The notes beneath the pieces are model-generated. The model was not told the DNA's origin and searched no databases. It was given only the letters and a program-made list of their open reading frames with translations. Of a DNA stretch of 64,000 nt, positions 15,389 to 28,995 are shown one piece after another; position 1 is the stretch's first letter; every line of letters starts with the position of its first letter. The position numbers were made by a program, and so were the translations under genes. The DNA is from Oikopleura dioica (Eukaryota > Animalia > Chordata). The stretch spans positions 13,516,001 through 13,580,000 of the forward strand of contig OU015566.1 in NCBI GenBank assembly GCA_907165135.1, written 5' to 3'.

Positions 15389-16566
15389 TTACCGGTACTG
15401 GCATTCAAAATCGTATAATTGTTCCATTTTTGGCGGTCCGTCAATATTCGACGAAACTGGTATAACTACTGAAGAGAGGAATTCGTATGATGAATCAGAA
15501 TCTTCCCCCTCGGTTTCTTCGTCCTCTTCCGCGGTCCAGTCGTCTTCTTCGGCGAAATCTTCTTCCTCAACTAGGGTTTCCTCTTCCTCAGCTTGGGCAG
15601 GCTGTTCTTCCTGAGTCTCCTCTGCAGCTGAAAATTGCTGATCCATTTCATCGTCCCATCTCTTTTTCACAGCTAGAAAAGCGTAAAAGATACTTTAGTT
15701 TAGATGAATATTTCTTACTTTGCTCAGCTATTTCAATGAATTCGTCCAAAACTTCAGCCGTAAAGTTGAAATCACGGCCTTTCTCTCTCATCATTTTTCG
15801 CACTTCTTGGTTTCTTTCCTTTATGAATCTTTCATCGTCCTCCTTTTTCTGTTGCTCTACTTTTCGTCGAATTTCTTCTCGTTTTCGCTCGTTCTCGCGG
15901 CGGAGGTCTTCCTTGATTGCTTCTTGTTCTTGGAGTTCCAGTTGCTTTAGGGAGATGCCTCGGACTTCTCCGCCCAGTTCCATTCCGATGTAGTCAACAA
16001 ACGACTGAAAAGACAGGTTTTTATCTTTCTCCGAGATTTTAGCTCACCACTGGTTTTTTCGACGATTCCGGCTGTCCGCGATTTATTGTCTTTGCCGCCC
16101 GTTTTATCCACGTGACTGTATCTTCCTCTTGAATCTCCTTCTCATCAACCTTCGGCCAAAGCCCCTCGACAAATTCCTTGACATCCAAGTCCACGAGAAC
16201 ACCGTTTTTTTGCGCTTCGTCGATCACTTGAAAAACTTCGAATTCAAGCGCCGATCGCAAGTTGTTTTCCGTTTGCGCGCTGATGCAGTTGATGTCTTTC
16301 AAAACGGTGTGGAATCGATTCTTTAACCACTGCAGTTTTTCCTCCATTCCCGCCTTTTTACCGGTTGAAAATATGAGCGTAGGCGGGAAAATGCAGCCAC
16401 CTACGTCCGCTCGCTCAAAATTTAGACCGGCTTCCTTTTCAGATGGATAAACTTCACCTCTTCTCGCAGCGTTCTGAACAAACTCCTCCATCATCAACGT
16501 CACCTCTTTGATGCTTTCCTTCTTTCTTTGTGCATTCGATTTCATCTCCGTTTCGGCCATTTTCAC
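15389..16566 (-). CDS. Uncharacterised E/K-rich coiled-coil and acidic protein (multi-exon), tail-to-tail with tubulin
   Basis: Three collinear ORFs (16039-16566, 15648-15983, 15389-15670). Confidence 0.5.
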
Positions 16567-18336
16567 AGCCTAAAAATAGACAATTGATTCTTCTAAAACG
16601 TTCTTGTCTGGTAGCTTCTTGTCTGAAAATAGAATCTCTGATCTTACCTTTTGCACCTTTTCGAAATCCATCTTTTTTCTCTCCACGTTTTTACTCTGAT
16701 TTTGAGATAATCTGATTGGAGAATTCCACTTTCCCACGACGACAAAAATGCCCGCACGCTTGTTTTTGAATTTTCGTGGGCGGGCACTGTAACTCAAATT
16801 TTTACAAGTTGAGTGCTAGTGTCAATAAGATGACCTCTTCTTGGCGTTTTAGTGGAGAATTGTTGGGTAGGCAAGGCTTTTCAGCAATCTTGAAAGTGGA
16901 TATGAAAGATTCTAGAAAAGGCTCATCTTGGAATCAAGTCTCGTAGACATAGACTGGTAGACAAATTTATTTTCCAACACAAAATCAGGAAGAGAATTGA
17001 AATAGACCTTTTGATCGATTAATTTATTTTCTTCAAAATCAAGTTTCTTTTCAGTTATCCTTTTTTGTCGCTGTCATCGTTGTTTTCAGAGTCCGATTTC
17101 TTCAGAAAGAGCAGACCGACAATCAAACCAACGAGCAAAATAAAATTCACGACGATAAGAATTTTGCGCGTTGTACTAATTTTTGAAACTGTCTCTGTCA
17201 TTTTTGATCTGTCAGAAAGAGGAACTCTCAGGAAAGAAAATCAGTGTAATAAAAAGAGTCGTCAAAAAGCTCAGTTGGAAAGCAGAGCGTTTGAATGAAT
17301 AGAGAAATAACAGTATCAAATGATCTTAGCCTAGTTGTTGTCTTCCCGTCAAATTTCAATGAGGACGCATCATCGGTCCTCAAGGGGCTTACCGTTATCA
17401 GTTCCAGCAACTCACAATCTCGAGTGGATTCAGTTTACGAAAGAACCCAGTTTTAACGCGCTTTGGGGGGATTTTCATTTTTGAATTTTCTTCTCAATTT
17501 TCATTGAGTTCATAAATGATCATTTTCAACCGCTAAAAAACAACCCCCCGCCTGTCAATTTTCGTGAAATTCTCAAGGTGACCATAAGGGTGCGTTTTAT
17601 GACGAGCGTTGGAATTCCGATAGCATTTCAGTCTATAATTTGAGTGTCATAATGCCGCGTGTTTTTTTACTCTTGAAGTTTGCTACCCGAGTTTGTTACA
17701 GAGTATTTGCTCCGGCGCGACCTTCTTATATGAAAAATATGCGCGAAGGTCATTTCCTTACGTCTCCGGTCCTCTACCTGGTCTCAGGGCAGAAGTTTAT
17801 TACCAAAGTACTTCTTGGACTAATGATGTGTTAGAAAGTCATAACTAAGTGGTCTGGGTTTATTGTTACTGATGACAAAGGAGTTATTGGTTATGGAAAC
17901 GTTGATTTTAATAACACAGGTTGCGTATTTAATAATTTGTATAATATTAAACAAATAATATTTATATAATTTGAGCCAAAATTTAGCCGACTTTTTGCTG
18001 AGTGCCAATAAAAAGGCTCTGACAGATTCGAGAAATAAGAAAAATACCAAGTTACATGTAAGATGTGATTTATTAGTAAGGCGGCTGCAGAAAAAATAAT
18101 TTTAATGAATAATGCACAGAACTCATTTTTGAAAAGGTTGTTCTTTTCTGCGGGATTATTAAATCCGATATTAGTAATATCATATTACTATTAAACCGAT
18201 TCTTCGTTGCCCATTGTGTAGATTAGTCTTGTGCAAGAATAACAGCAGTATTCGAATATTTCGTCCGAATAGCAGATATGTTCGTTCCTTCCAACTTGTT
18301 CACAGAGGACGGAACTGTCGAAGCAAGATGGGTCGC

Positions 18337-18857
18337 CTAAAAAAATATGATAATAACCCTTTTATAACTGTATAGCGCGTCAACTATACCTATGTCTGTT
18401 CGATTTTTGTTTTCGCCACTGAACACCTGAGTTGCGTTATAAAATATTGAAAACTCCTGAATATCCGGAATGCCATTTCCGTTTTCATCTTTTTCGTCGT
18501 CTGGCAATCCATCACCATCATCATCAATGTCGAGCTTATTAGGGATTCCATCACCGTCGTTGTCTTCATCTATATCCGGAATCCCGTCAGCATCATCATC
18601 AATGTCTTCTATGTTTGGGATTCCATCACCATCGTCATCTTCAGAAGCATCAGGAATTCCATCATTGTCATCATCCAGGTCTCTATGATCGGGAACACCA
18701 TCGCCATCGTAGTCCAAAGTTTCGAAACGATAACCTCGTGTTCCTAACACTTTCATGAATTTCAATCAATTTTGAGTTCACCTCGTTGTAACTCTTGGAA
18801 GTCATTAAGGCCAGCTATGCCAGAAAGCATTGCTAGAAATAATCGAGGCCAGATCAT
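18337..18857 (-). CDS. Secreted protein with thrombospondin type 3-like (DxDxDGIPD) calcium-binding repeats
   Basis: Signal exon [16 protein letters not shown] (ATG at 18857), 38-nt GT-AG intron 18781-18744, then about seven DxDxDG[IVL]P[DN] repeats. 3' end uncertain. Confidence 0.7.
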
Positions 18858-19471
18858 TGTCGAAAGAAAAATATAAGTAAAATAAATATATGAAGTTAAG
18901 TCTCTGTTTCTTCTTTCAAACTAGGCTATCGCAAGTTTATTCAGTAATTCAAATTATTTGTTTGCTTATTAAACAAATCAAGATTAGAAATCAAGCTCAG
19001 CGATTGTTAATGTGCTTAAATAGCATTTTTACACTCCTCTTTTTGAGTATCTTATAATCAAAAACTCGCCCTTGGTGATCAATTTCGGGGAATACAGTAT
19101 TACTAATACTGCTAATTCATCGAAAAATCCAGCGTATTTCTCGTTTTCTCGGAAAGAATTTCGCCCTGTCAAATAAACTCATTCAAATAGCGGAATGAGC
19201 AAAACATGCATTCCTCTGCATGTTTCCCCGTTCATTGCATAAGGAGCAAGAGTAACAAGCCGCAGAAGTAATTACAAGAGCTTGAAGTTTCCATGAAGTT
19301 TATGGCCAAAACAATCGACTTACTCGTGGGTTCTTTGGGACACGATCGGAATTGTCGAATGTTCGAGAACGGGATAAAAGGTGCTCCGAACGAATTTCAA
19401 AATCTCTTTATCTGGGCAAGTTTTTTTTAATTTGCTTTAGCTTTGCATGGATTTTCGTACGAATGAAGTAT

Positions 19472-21699
19472 TTATTTTTGCAAACAGTAACCATCAGGCA
19501 CAAGAATTGCATATGGGTTCCACCAAGAGAGGAAGGGGGAATGGTCAAGATATTCTCCTTCGATCGAAGTAAAATCTTCATTGAACGTAAATTTAGTCAG
19601 TTTTTCCTCTGTACCACCGCCGATAACCATCACCTCGTTATTTGGAAAAAGAACGGCTCTTGAAAACACTCGTCGCGACGTCCTGAAATATATATAGAAT
19701 AAGAATAAATTTCACTTATCAAACCAAGGAACTATGCCAATATTAGTCCATTCATCGTCGAACAGTCGCCATATTATTCGATCCGATCTAATTGTATTAT
19801 TTCGCGCTTCAAATGATACATTTACCCAGTTTCTCCAGGGAAAATAACAACTCCAAAGTCGCCCCAAACGGACGAGTAGGCATATAGAAGTTCATCTGGG
19901 AATTCAGGAATTTTCTCATCAACTATCCACCCATCAGTAGCACTAGATTTTGATTGCGATGTTGATGGCAAATGGTAGAAGGGGGTTATCATTCAAGATT
20001 CCCCTAACCCTAAACCTTATCCGGGAGGCTACGCCCCCCGGGACCCCCCCACCTAAGGCCTAAGCCAGTGGGCTTCGCTCCCGGACCCCTCTTAAGAGTT
20101 CACAGTCCCTGGCCCTAACCACTAGCCCTGATTCTAGAGATACTGGATGGCTCCAATCATAGGCTCGAATGATAGCCCCTCTCTACGTGGCAAATGGCAA
20201 ACCTGTAGCGTTCTACTAATAAGGACTCGCCTCCAATTAGAATTGGATTTCCTTTGTAAGCTGGAATATGGCCACCAATTATTTCATGGCCGTAATTTGT
20301 CGATGGTAATTCTTCAGATAAAAATGCTGAGCCATCATAACTTAAAAGAATTTAACAAATAAAAAATTTGCATCATCAACCCTTGAATATGATTGTTTCC
20401 ATCGTAAAGCATGATAAAAGCTTCTGGGTCTCCGTCTCTCGGCAAGTATCCAACGGATCCATAGAAGCAATCAAAATAAAAACTCACGCCTTCAGCCTTT
20501 TTTATATCGCAACCATCGAGAACATGCGTTGCATATTCAATCGCGTTTCCATATTCATCCATTACCCATCCTCCAAATAAATAGGTTGCGCCTTTGTATA
20601 AAATTGAGCATCCACTTTCACCAAAAAATCTGCTTTTTTCTGGCCCATAATTTATCTAGAATAATTTTATTGAATCATCAACTGATTCTGTTAGAGTAAG
20701 AAAGCAATACTTTTAAGTCTTGAGTGAAGATGTTGAAATTCGCAAGTGCATGCTCATGCTTCAAAAGAGTTGCAAATTTGCTGAGCTGAGTGAGCTGAGC
20801 TTGCCGAGTGAGCTGAGCAGTGCTCAGCTCAAACAATTATCACTTAGCTCAGCTCAGCTCAGTTCAATGATTTGAATACAATTATACTACAAAAAATCAG
20901 TAAAAACAGCTCAGCTCTGCTAAATCAGCTCCGCTCAGCTCTAATTAGGGTCCGCTCAGCTCAGCTCAGCTCAACTCTCCTAAACAAAAGGTCTGCTCAG
21001 CTCAGCTACGCTCAATGATCTCTGAAAGGGCTAGCTCAGCTCAGCTCAGAGAAATTTTTACTCAGGTCAGCTCAGCTCAGAAAAATGATCAAAATTTGCA
21101 ACTCTGCGCTTCAGGGGATACTCAAAAGGGTCTAAATTTATAATTAAAACCGAAGTGAGCTTTGAGCATTGATAATTCGGGCAAGGACATCCATCAGGGC
21201 ATCCTTCTTCGCAAGGACAATTCAAAATGTCCTGCGAGTACTGGACGGTACAAAGAGTAACACAACTTGAGCTTCCTCCACAGTTTTGAATGCATTGAAA
21301 GAGCTCATTTTCGAGTTCCGCAAAACATTTCAGATGATCTTCATTTTCTTCGGGAAAAGCACAAATACTGCAAACGTCGGCTGGACAATTTTCGCATCCG
21401 AGAATACAATCAGCATGGCAAGGACATCCATCAACACAGTCAAAACCTTCCCGGATACAAATTCTCTCGCATGCAGCATCGCCAGGGTTGCAGTCACCAA
21501 AACACGCCAAAAGGTTGTTTTCGCAGTTTGTTGAGCATATCTCACCAAGATCAAGATCCGTGCAAGTTTCGTTCAATCTCGCAAGGTTGTTAGAAAATGA
21601 ATCTTGAAAAAAAGAAAGCTCCATTATTGATTTGAATTTATGTTGACTTAATTTTGGTGCACTTGGGAGCAGGTGATCAACTCTCAGAATAATCAGCAT
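19472..21699 (-). CDS. Cys-rich repeat protein with a C-terminal kelch/beta-propeller-like region (multi-exon)
   Basis: Duplicated Cys module ending CPC..GCPDGCPC in ORF 21067-21699; downstream exons end with VMVIGGG...PYAILVPDGYC. Confidence 0.55.
20766..21105. mobile_element. MITE with (CTCAG/CTGAG)n interior; related copy at about 27829-28045
   Basis: TIR AGAGTTGCAAATTT ... AAATTTGCAACTCT enclosing dense gctgag/ctcagc repeats. Confidence 0.7.
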
Positions 21700-23024
21700 T
21701 TCTCACAATTTACAGATCGTGAAATACGAATTGATTACAAGCTGAAATATGGGTGTTATTACATAAGTTTCTATTCAAAATTTAGCAAACTCAATCATCC
21801 TCATTCACCCAAAACACTTAAAATTAAGACACCTTTGACTCCAACTTTTTTCACATGATCTTGCTTTTTTCCAATAACAGCGACACACCCTTAAATTTCT
21901 GTAATAAAATGTTGTTTGTTTCTACAAGGAGGAGTAATTTCGCTTCAAATTTTCGAGTCTCAAGGATCAGATCATGCCGCAATAGCTCAAATTCCAAACA
22001 CAAATTTGAAGAATGAAGAAGTCGAAATTCAAGACTTCACTTTTTGTTTTCTAAAACGGAGTACTCGGAGTACTCTTCCCCCGATTACTGGTCATTTTGG
22101 TAGCAGCACGTTCTAGTATATAATCGCCGGGTTTTAGGCTCAAAGAAGCTAAGCCCTGAAATAACTTTTTGACGTGGTGATTAACTTCGCTCTCCTCTTA
22201 ATCAAAATCGATCTAAAGCACCGGAACTCCTCCTGTCTAGCTTGTCTAAAACGCTGAAATTTTCTAAAAAGTCCTGAAATTTTTAAATGCTAAAAAGCAT
22301 GTTGCCGAAAGATCAACTGACACGTTTAGCCACGTGATGAACAAATTAGGCACGGGACAGAATTTTCGCCTAAATGTTATGAAAACACTAAGTCTAATTC
22401 TTCTAGAACTTACAAGTCATAATCATCGTTTATTATTGGTAGAAATATGAGTTTATCAGTTAGAAAATTGAAATATTATGGGAAACGCAGGTGCCAAAGT
22501 TTTGGTTTGAAACTTCTTTAGTGCATCATATTTACGATTTACTTTTTCGTGCTGAATCATCAATGATGATATAACCCTATTTTAAACCGCAGATAAGAAA
22601 ACGCCGAGGCTAAGCCTCTCCCTCCACCAAGATCGTCATCGCTTCAATCCTTCGGAGAAGTTCCACTGAGCTCTGCTGCTGCAATCCCAAAACAACAACA
22701 ACAGCAAAAACGAGAGAACAAGCGATTTCAATCTAAACGCTTCAAACGAGTTCTTCCTCCATTTTAATAAATTATCATAAATAAACAGATAACCATTTTA
22801 TCTTAATCTGTTTAAGCTAATAAATGCTTTGAAAAGAAGACCTGAGCATGTCATTTCTCTGAATGACTCTCGATCTCAGCTTTTCAAACGATTATTAAAC
22901 ATCCGCTTTTTTATTCTTATTCAAAACCATTACAATGAGTTAATTTAATGAGACTTAGCTTTTTACGAGCGGCAGCCCGAAAGATTTCCTCGCCATTTTA
23001 TAAAAGTATTTTCGTATTACAAAG

Positions 23025-23852
23025 ATGTCAGGTTCATCAATTATGTCAGAAAGCTCTCTTGGAAGCTACAAAGATAAAGAGTTCCCAGGCCTTCCAGGAG
23101 AAAGAAAATTTTCAGGACTCTCGAAAATGGAAATTGAAGAAATCGTGAATGCCAGAGTAAAAGAGCAAGAAAATCATTTCTCCGAAGAACTGAAGGATTT
23201 TAAAACGGTGCATCGTATTAAATTTGAAGACATCGAAAATAATCTTGAAACAAAAGATAAAAATTACGATATTATAAGGGAGGAGGTGAGTCTCCAACTA
23301 ATCGAATATGAGAAATACAAGCAGTCGATGACGAAAAAAATCGACAATAAAATTTCGGAGTGCATAAATATTCTCACAGAACAGAATAAAAATAGTGAAA
23401 AGCTTCGCCTCGAAATTTTTCAAAAAGATTTAAAGAAAATGGAGTTCGATGATTTACAAATGAAATTTAACAAGGAACTGAAGGAAATGCAAAAACAAAT
23501 GACGAATCAATTTTTAAAATTGCTTGTTTTTTATAATTTCTTTCTAGTTGCGTCTTTCTTCCTCTATCGAAATTCCGAAATATTCGTAGAACTAGCAGAT
23601 TCATTCATGATCAAATTGAATTTTCCATTTTTATTCATTTATCACGCTTTGAGTAGCCTTATTGCTATGATTTTTTATTTTCTAAAATTATTTTTTATTT
23701 ATTATACAATTTATTTTTTGTGTATAAATTATGTGTATAGTGATTTTGAATCAATGAAGATAGATAATATCAATGTGATTTTTGCATCAATATTCTTCTT
23801 TGCTTCTCTTCTTTTAATCGGAATAGGCATCGGAAAAGACTTATCCAAGTGA
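23025..23852 (+). CDS. Uncharacterised intronless protein: coiled coil followed by several TM helices
   Basis: 275-aa ATG ORF with an E/K-rich N-terminal half and a hydrophobic C-terminal half. Confidence 0.55.
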   Translation: MSGSSIMSESSLGSYKDKEFPGLPGERKFSGLSKMEIEEIVNARVKEQENHFSEELKDFKTVHRIKFEDIENNLETKDKNYDIIREEVSLQLIEYEKYKQSMTKKIDNKISECINILTEQNKNSEKLRLEIFQKDLKKMEFDDLQMKFNKELKEMQKQMTNQFLKLLVFYNFFLVASFFLYRNSEIFVELADSFMIKLNFPFLFIYHALSSLIAMIFYFLKLFFIYYTIYFLCINYVYSDFESMKIDNINVIFASIFFFASLLLIGIGIGKDLSK

Positions 23853-25303
23853 AATATTTATATTTCATTCTGTCATTATGATCATTGTTTGCTTCAAATA
23901 GTTTCCGATAATCAAATCTCCTTCCCTCTTGGCTCTTTTTACGTTATTGCTAATTACTGTCGCTGAGTTGAATAATAAAGTTCACGCGTGTCTAGCTCTT
24001 CTCCCCTTCCATGAAAATCGCTTTCTCCCGCTTTTCTCTTAGATAATTTATTGAATTCATTTTCAACCAAAGTTTGTACAGGTTCAACTCCGTTCTCATC
24101 TTCTCAGCCTCATTTTCCGCTTCGTAATATTGTACCAAACATAAAACACAGTAACAAACACAAAGATCAATCCCATTCCAGCCCATTTCCACGCAATAAA
24201 CGCTAGAAAAAAAAGATATAATTAAGTTTCGTCGTGAAAATCTCTAATCTGCAGCTGCGAGTTGAGAAATTTTTCGAGGTTAGCAAGCTGCACAAGATGT
24301 TTTTTAGAAAGATTGCAAAGAAATAAACTTGATTTTCTGAAATAATTTATACAATAAATTAAATAAAATTAATTTCAAGCAGATCTTAAATAAAAAACTA
24401 GAGGGTCTAAAGAGCTAAAATGAAAAGCCGCGTAGCGGCTTTTTTATTAACGAAACCGCACAGCGGCTTCGCAAATGGTAGAGTCTACATCTTTTATTGA
24501 TTTTCGCGCAAAGCGGCTTCGCAGAAAAATAAGCCGCTACGCGGCTTTTCATTTCAGCTTTTTAGAGTCAGGGTTCCTGAATAGATTGCAGAGCCGATTC
24601 TCATTTGATGATTTAAGGGTATCAAGTTCTTAAAAAAAAAGCCGTGTTTTCCCATTTATCTACCTGGAAGCAAGTAAGTATATCTCACCAAGCGAGGTAG
24701 TTACTTATACTAAAACACGTTTAAAATGCTTGTCTCTCAGCGATAACGTTTAAAAAATCCATGTAGAGCTTTTAAACACGCGAGATTAGAGAATTCGCAA
24801 ACTTGTGCTCGGCGTTCTTGAGCTCGAGATAAATATTTTTACAAAATTATTTCATGCTATCTTATCTCACGTCGCATGTAGCTTACAGGCGACTTCTAGC
24901 TATTACCTTTGTATTCCCAGTTGTGGATGTCCTCCATAATCCCCAAATTTTCACGAGTAGCCGAATCATTTAACCAAAAAGGCATCTTTTTAACTATTTT
25001 TTTCAATAATTTGCTGGTTATTTGGAGTTTTGGCCGAGGCAGATTGAACTGGCGTCCTCTAATGAGCTTCACGTCGAATTTATTATACAGAAATCTTCTT
25101 CGGCCGACTGTAGGGAAAACAGATAAGCCGCGGGAGTAGAGACAACACGGGGAGAAAGAAGAGATTATTCGGAATTATTTATTCCTTGCAAATAAAAAAG
25201 TGCAATATTCGGGGAAGCAAACTTTCTCTTTATCGTTGGGGTATGTTAGCCTGTTAATGATAATGCTCTCATCATTATTTTCACAGTCAGTTCTATTCTT
25301 CAA

Positions 25304-26446
25304 ATGAGAGAAAGAAGCGAAAAAATATGGGCAATTTTTTTGATTATTTTCACTGGGATTCTAATTTCGATTCCTATTAATAATCATAAAATAAGACGAG
25401 TGGATGTTCTAGATAAAGACCTTGCGCCAGGAATGACAACAACTGTTCAAGCCCCTGGGCCATTAACATCACCACGTGCACAATCAACTGCATCAACAAG
25501 TTTAGCACTGACAAGTGTTCAAAAGGAAGCAACCACTTCTATGCTCATAACAACAATTACCAAAATAACATCACCAACTATGCTGACACAAACCATGCTA
25601 CATACAACGACAACGACAGTCACCACAACAACCAATAAAGCGACAATGACAACAACTAAAACAGTCACTACAGCTACAACTTCAACAGCGACGACTTCAA
25701 CAACGACCACCATGACGACGTCAACTACATCAGCAACTGCAACTATAACGACTACAACAACAACAACAACAACCACAACAACTACATCGACTACAACCAC
25801 AACAACTACAGCCGCAACAACCACAACCAAAACTACAACTTCAACTACAACTAATTACTGTGCATCGCCAGCCTCAAACGACTGCTCAGTGACGATTCCA
25901 GAAATTTGCCATAAATTCTCAGAAAAAATCACGATAATAGATAGTTGTGAACTAGAACCGCGGCAAATGTGTGTCATGTCCACCAACAGTGTGACCCTGC
26001 ATTTCGCTCTAAGCGTTGATGTTTTCTGTGATCATACTCTACCTTTAGACGACTGGAAATCAATCTTTCACGTCACCGGTGGAGGTAATTATGGCAGCAT
26101 TGGAGATCGCGTGTTTGCAATATGGAGAAACCCAAGCGATCATTCTTTGTATATAGCTGTAAATTATCCGGAAGTTGGCAGCGAAAAAGCGGTTAATAGA
26201 CCATGTACGTCTGGAGAATGGAATAATTATTCTCTTGAAGTCAGAGCTCCCGTTAATCAATTCTACGTTGAGTACGATTTGAAACAAGATGGGCTGGTTA
26301 TTGGTTCTGGTTCCTACCTAATATCTAGCGCTTATTCTTCAGGACCGTTGAAATTTTATGTCAGCGATCCCTGGCATGATGCAGGATCTTCTTATCTTGT
26401 CAGAAATTTCTTTTACTGCTATGATAATGCTTCTGGTCCAAAATAA
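25304..26446 (+). CDS. Mucin-like membrane or secreted protein: Thr-rich stalk plus C-terminal globular, possibly lectin-like, domain
   Basis: 380-aa ORF with an N-terminal hydrophobic anchor, poly-Thr tract (ACN repeats) and SIFHVTGGGNYGSIGDRVFAIW segment. Confidence 0.7.
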   Translation: MRERSEKIWAIFLIIFTGILISIPINNHKIRRVDVLDKDLAPGMTTTVQAPGPLTSPRAQSTASTSLALTSVQKEATTSMLITTITKITSPTMLTQTMLHTTTTTVTTTTNKATMTTTKTVTTATTSTATTSTTTTMTTSTTSATATITTTTTTTTTTTTTSTTTTTTTAATTTTKTTTSTTTNYCASPASNDCSVTIPEICHKFSEKITIIDSCELEPRQMCVMSTNSVTLHFALSVDVFCDHTLPLDDWKSIFHVTGGGNYGSIGDRVFAIWRNPSDHSLYIAVNYPEVGSEKAVNRPCTSGEWNNYSLEVRAPVNQFYVEYDLKQDGLVIGSGSYLISSAYSSGPLKFYVSDPWHDAGSSYLVRNFFYCYDNASGPK

Positions 26447-28247
26447 ATGATCCGCAAAACAATTTATGTTTTAATATTTGAGTTGTATTTATTACAAAAA
26501 ATGAAGATTTGAACTTTATTCAAGAAGCTGTTTTTTTATAATTGATTGTTTTTCTTTTTCATTTTTCGGGAGTTTTCTCTTTATACATCTTGGGTTGGAT
26601 TTTCTTTGCCGTTGTTATTTTTAGTCGATCAAACATGTGGTCATTTTCAGCAAGCATCACTCAGACGGTCCACAGTTCTTTTAGCTTGAATGGATATACT
26701 TACACATACCCGCTCGTCTTTTTTGATTATAATTTTTTGTGAAGAAATTGTGCAAAAGAAAATTATTTTGTTAAATAATCAAAAAAAGATGATGATTGTC
26801 TTAGTTTGAGTTTTCTTCTTCTTCAAGCCTTGGTTTTCGGATTGATCTTCCTCGTTTGACGGAGTCACTTTGGCTTGCGACCATTGATTCACAATCGTGC
26901 CTAGAAAATGAAAAAGGATGAGATTTTTGACTCAAAAAATGATTTTTCTTTAAAAAGCTCAAAATTTTAACCCATCGAAGTCCAAATGGATCATTTTTGC
27001 TCATTATGTCATTAACCTGCCCGTACACCCTTAAAACATCAATTTTCCTTAAGTATATCCCCCCGAAATGATCGAAAATCGACCACCTTTCAAATAATTC
27101 AATCAAAAATGACCGGTAATAACTCGTTTTTTCTCCGAAGACTTCTTTTTGATCTTCCTACTAGAATCGTAATTTTTCAAGAGCCCTTCGTGTTAATAAA
27201 ATATTCTCAAGAGTACTCCAAGTCTTTTTTTACGCGTTAGTCAGTAGTAACCCAACTGTAGAGGGGTCGTTATTTTTTTGTGTTTATTTTACCTGTGGAC
27301 AAACTGCGCGTTGGAAACTGAAGCGACGAGGGATTCAGATTTTGCTGAGCCACAATCGCTCTGGGCAGAAGTGATCGCAGTCCTGGGTGAATCGGTTGGT
27401 CCAACAGCCGAGACAGCTCTTGAATTAAAATAACATAGGTCATCCCCTTGTTACCAGGATAAACGTTGGCGAAAATCTGAATTTAGCCGGATAAACTCCA
27501 GGCAAACTTGCCCCCATGTTAGCAGGATAAACTTTGGCAAAAGGGCTCATTGTTAGCAGGGTAAACTTTGGCACTCAATTAACAGGGTAGCGTGAATCAT
27601 CAGCGCTCGCCCAGGGCGTGACGTAACAGTTAGCCCGAGGAGGACTTAACCTGCTGGAAGAAAATGCCAATGAAAAATATCTACATAAAATCTGCTTGAA
27701 AATTTCAATATATATTTATAAATTCAGTATTTAATACAAATTAACGATTTTATCATTATTAATTTTAATTTTGATATTTATTCGTATTTTTAATTATTTA
27801 TTTTTAGGGCTTAGGAGGGTAGGCACCAGAGTTGCAAATTTGGCTTTATTTTCGCTGAGCTGAGTGAGCTGAGTTGAGCTACTTTTTACTGTATTTTAGT
27901 AGTAAAATTGTGTTAAAATCATTGAGCTGAGCTGAATGATTATCGACGATAATTTATCGTCTGAGCTGAGCAGATCAGTTCACTTTTGAAAATCACTGAG
28001 CAGTCTCAGCTCACTCAACTCAGCAAATTCGAAACTCTGGTAGGCACATTATACAGTATTAGAAAGCTCGGAAGCTGAGCTTTATTTTGACCATTGATAA
28101 CGGGGTGATCTCGTACCTGCTCCTTTTCGGACTCTAACCATCTTTCAAGAAGAAAAATCTCCAAAGTTGATCCCGAGTGATCCCAGGTAACCCCAACTTG
28201 ACCTCAGGTCAGCAATGATGCAGATATTATATCCAATATTGGATATA

Positions 28248-28401
28248 CAGACGACTCGCACAATTTGGACCCGCACAATTCGGCCCTTTTTGCTAATTTT
28301 CCGAAGAATTAAACATTATCTAATGATTCGGACCCGCACAATTCGGTCCTTTTTTGAGAAATCGGGAAAACAAAATTGGGCCAAATTGTGCGAGTCGTCT
28401 G
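28248..28401. mobile_element. 154-bp Tc1/mariner-like MITE nested in the foldback element
   Basis: TA|CAGACGACTCGCACAATTTGG ... CCAAATTGTGCGAGTCGTCTG|TA. Confidence 0.75.
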
Positions 28402-28473
28402 TATAAGATATTAGTCCCTATATTCTATAATGATATGGGCTATACTTCATCGAAGTCGCTTGATCTAATGAAT

Positions 28474-28995
28474 GGCCTCGGAATCCTGTAAACAGGAACA
28501 GAGACAGGAACAGGGTCCCTGTTACAGGGATCTTATTTTTGGCCCATTTGCAAAACAGGAAACAGGACAGGATAACAGGTCCGGTTTTACAGGTTTCACA
28601 GGCTTTGCAGGCCTGTAAACTCAAATTTCAGGTTTTTTATTTTTCCTTGAAGAATCAAAATTAAAAATTTTTTCTCGTTATAATCATGTCTATAGACAGT
28701 TCCGACTAAAAATAGGTTCTTTAAAACATATTTGAACGAAATTCCAAGAAAATTTTTACGAAAAATACCCGATCTTCCCTATTTCTCGCCTGTTTTCCTG
28801 CAATTTTTTTACAGGCCTGTTTCACTTTTAAAGGGCTGTTCCTGTATACAGGCGTGTTTTCCTGTATTTCCTGTTAATAGGCCTGTTTACAGGTTTATAT
28901 TGGTCTCGAAATGCAAGACAGGAAACAGGACAGGGTCCAAAAAACAGGAAACAGGACCTGTTTCAGGTTTTTAGACAGGTCAGAATTCCGAGGCC
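28474..28995. mobile_element. ACAGG/CCTGT-rich inverted-repeat element nested in the foldback element
   Basis: Termini GGCCTCGGAAT ... ATTCCGAGGCC; interior saturated with ACAGG/CCTGT; no TSD identified. Confidence 0.55.

Noticed and set aside
25519-25830. Poly-Val minus-strand ORFs (also 61058-61285)
   Set aside because: Antisense reads of poly-Thr tracts.
27450-27590. Periodic repeats resembling a CRISPR array
   Set aside because: Eukaryotic context, degenerate units without unique spacers, and mirrored in the opposite TIR arm.
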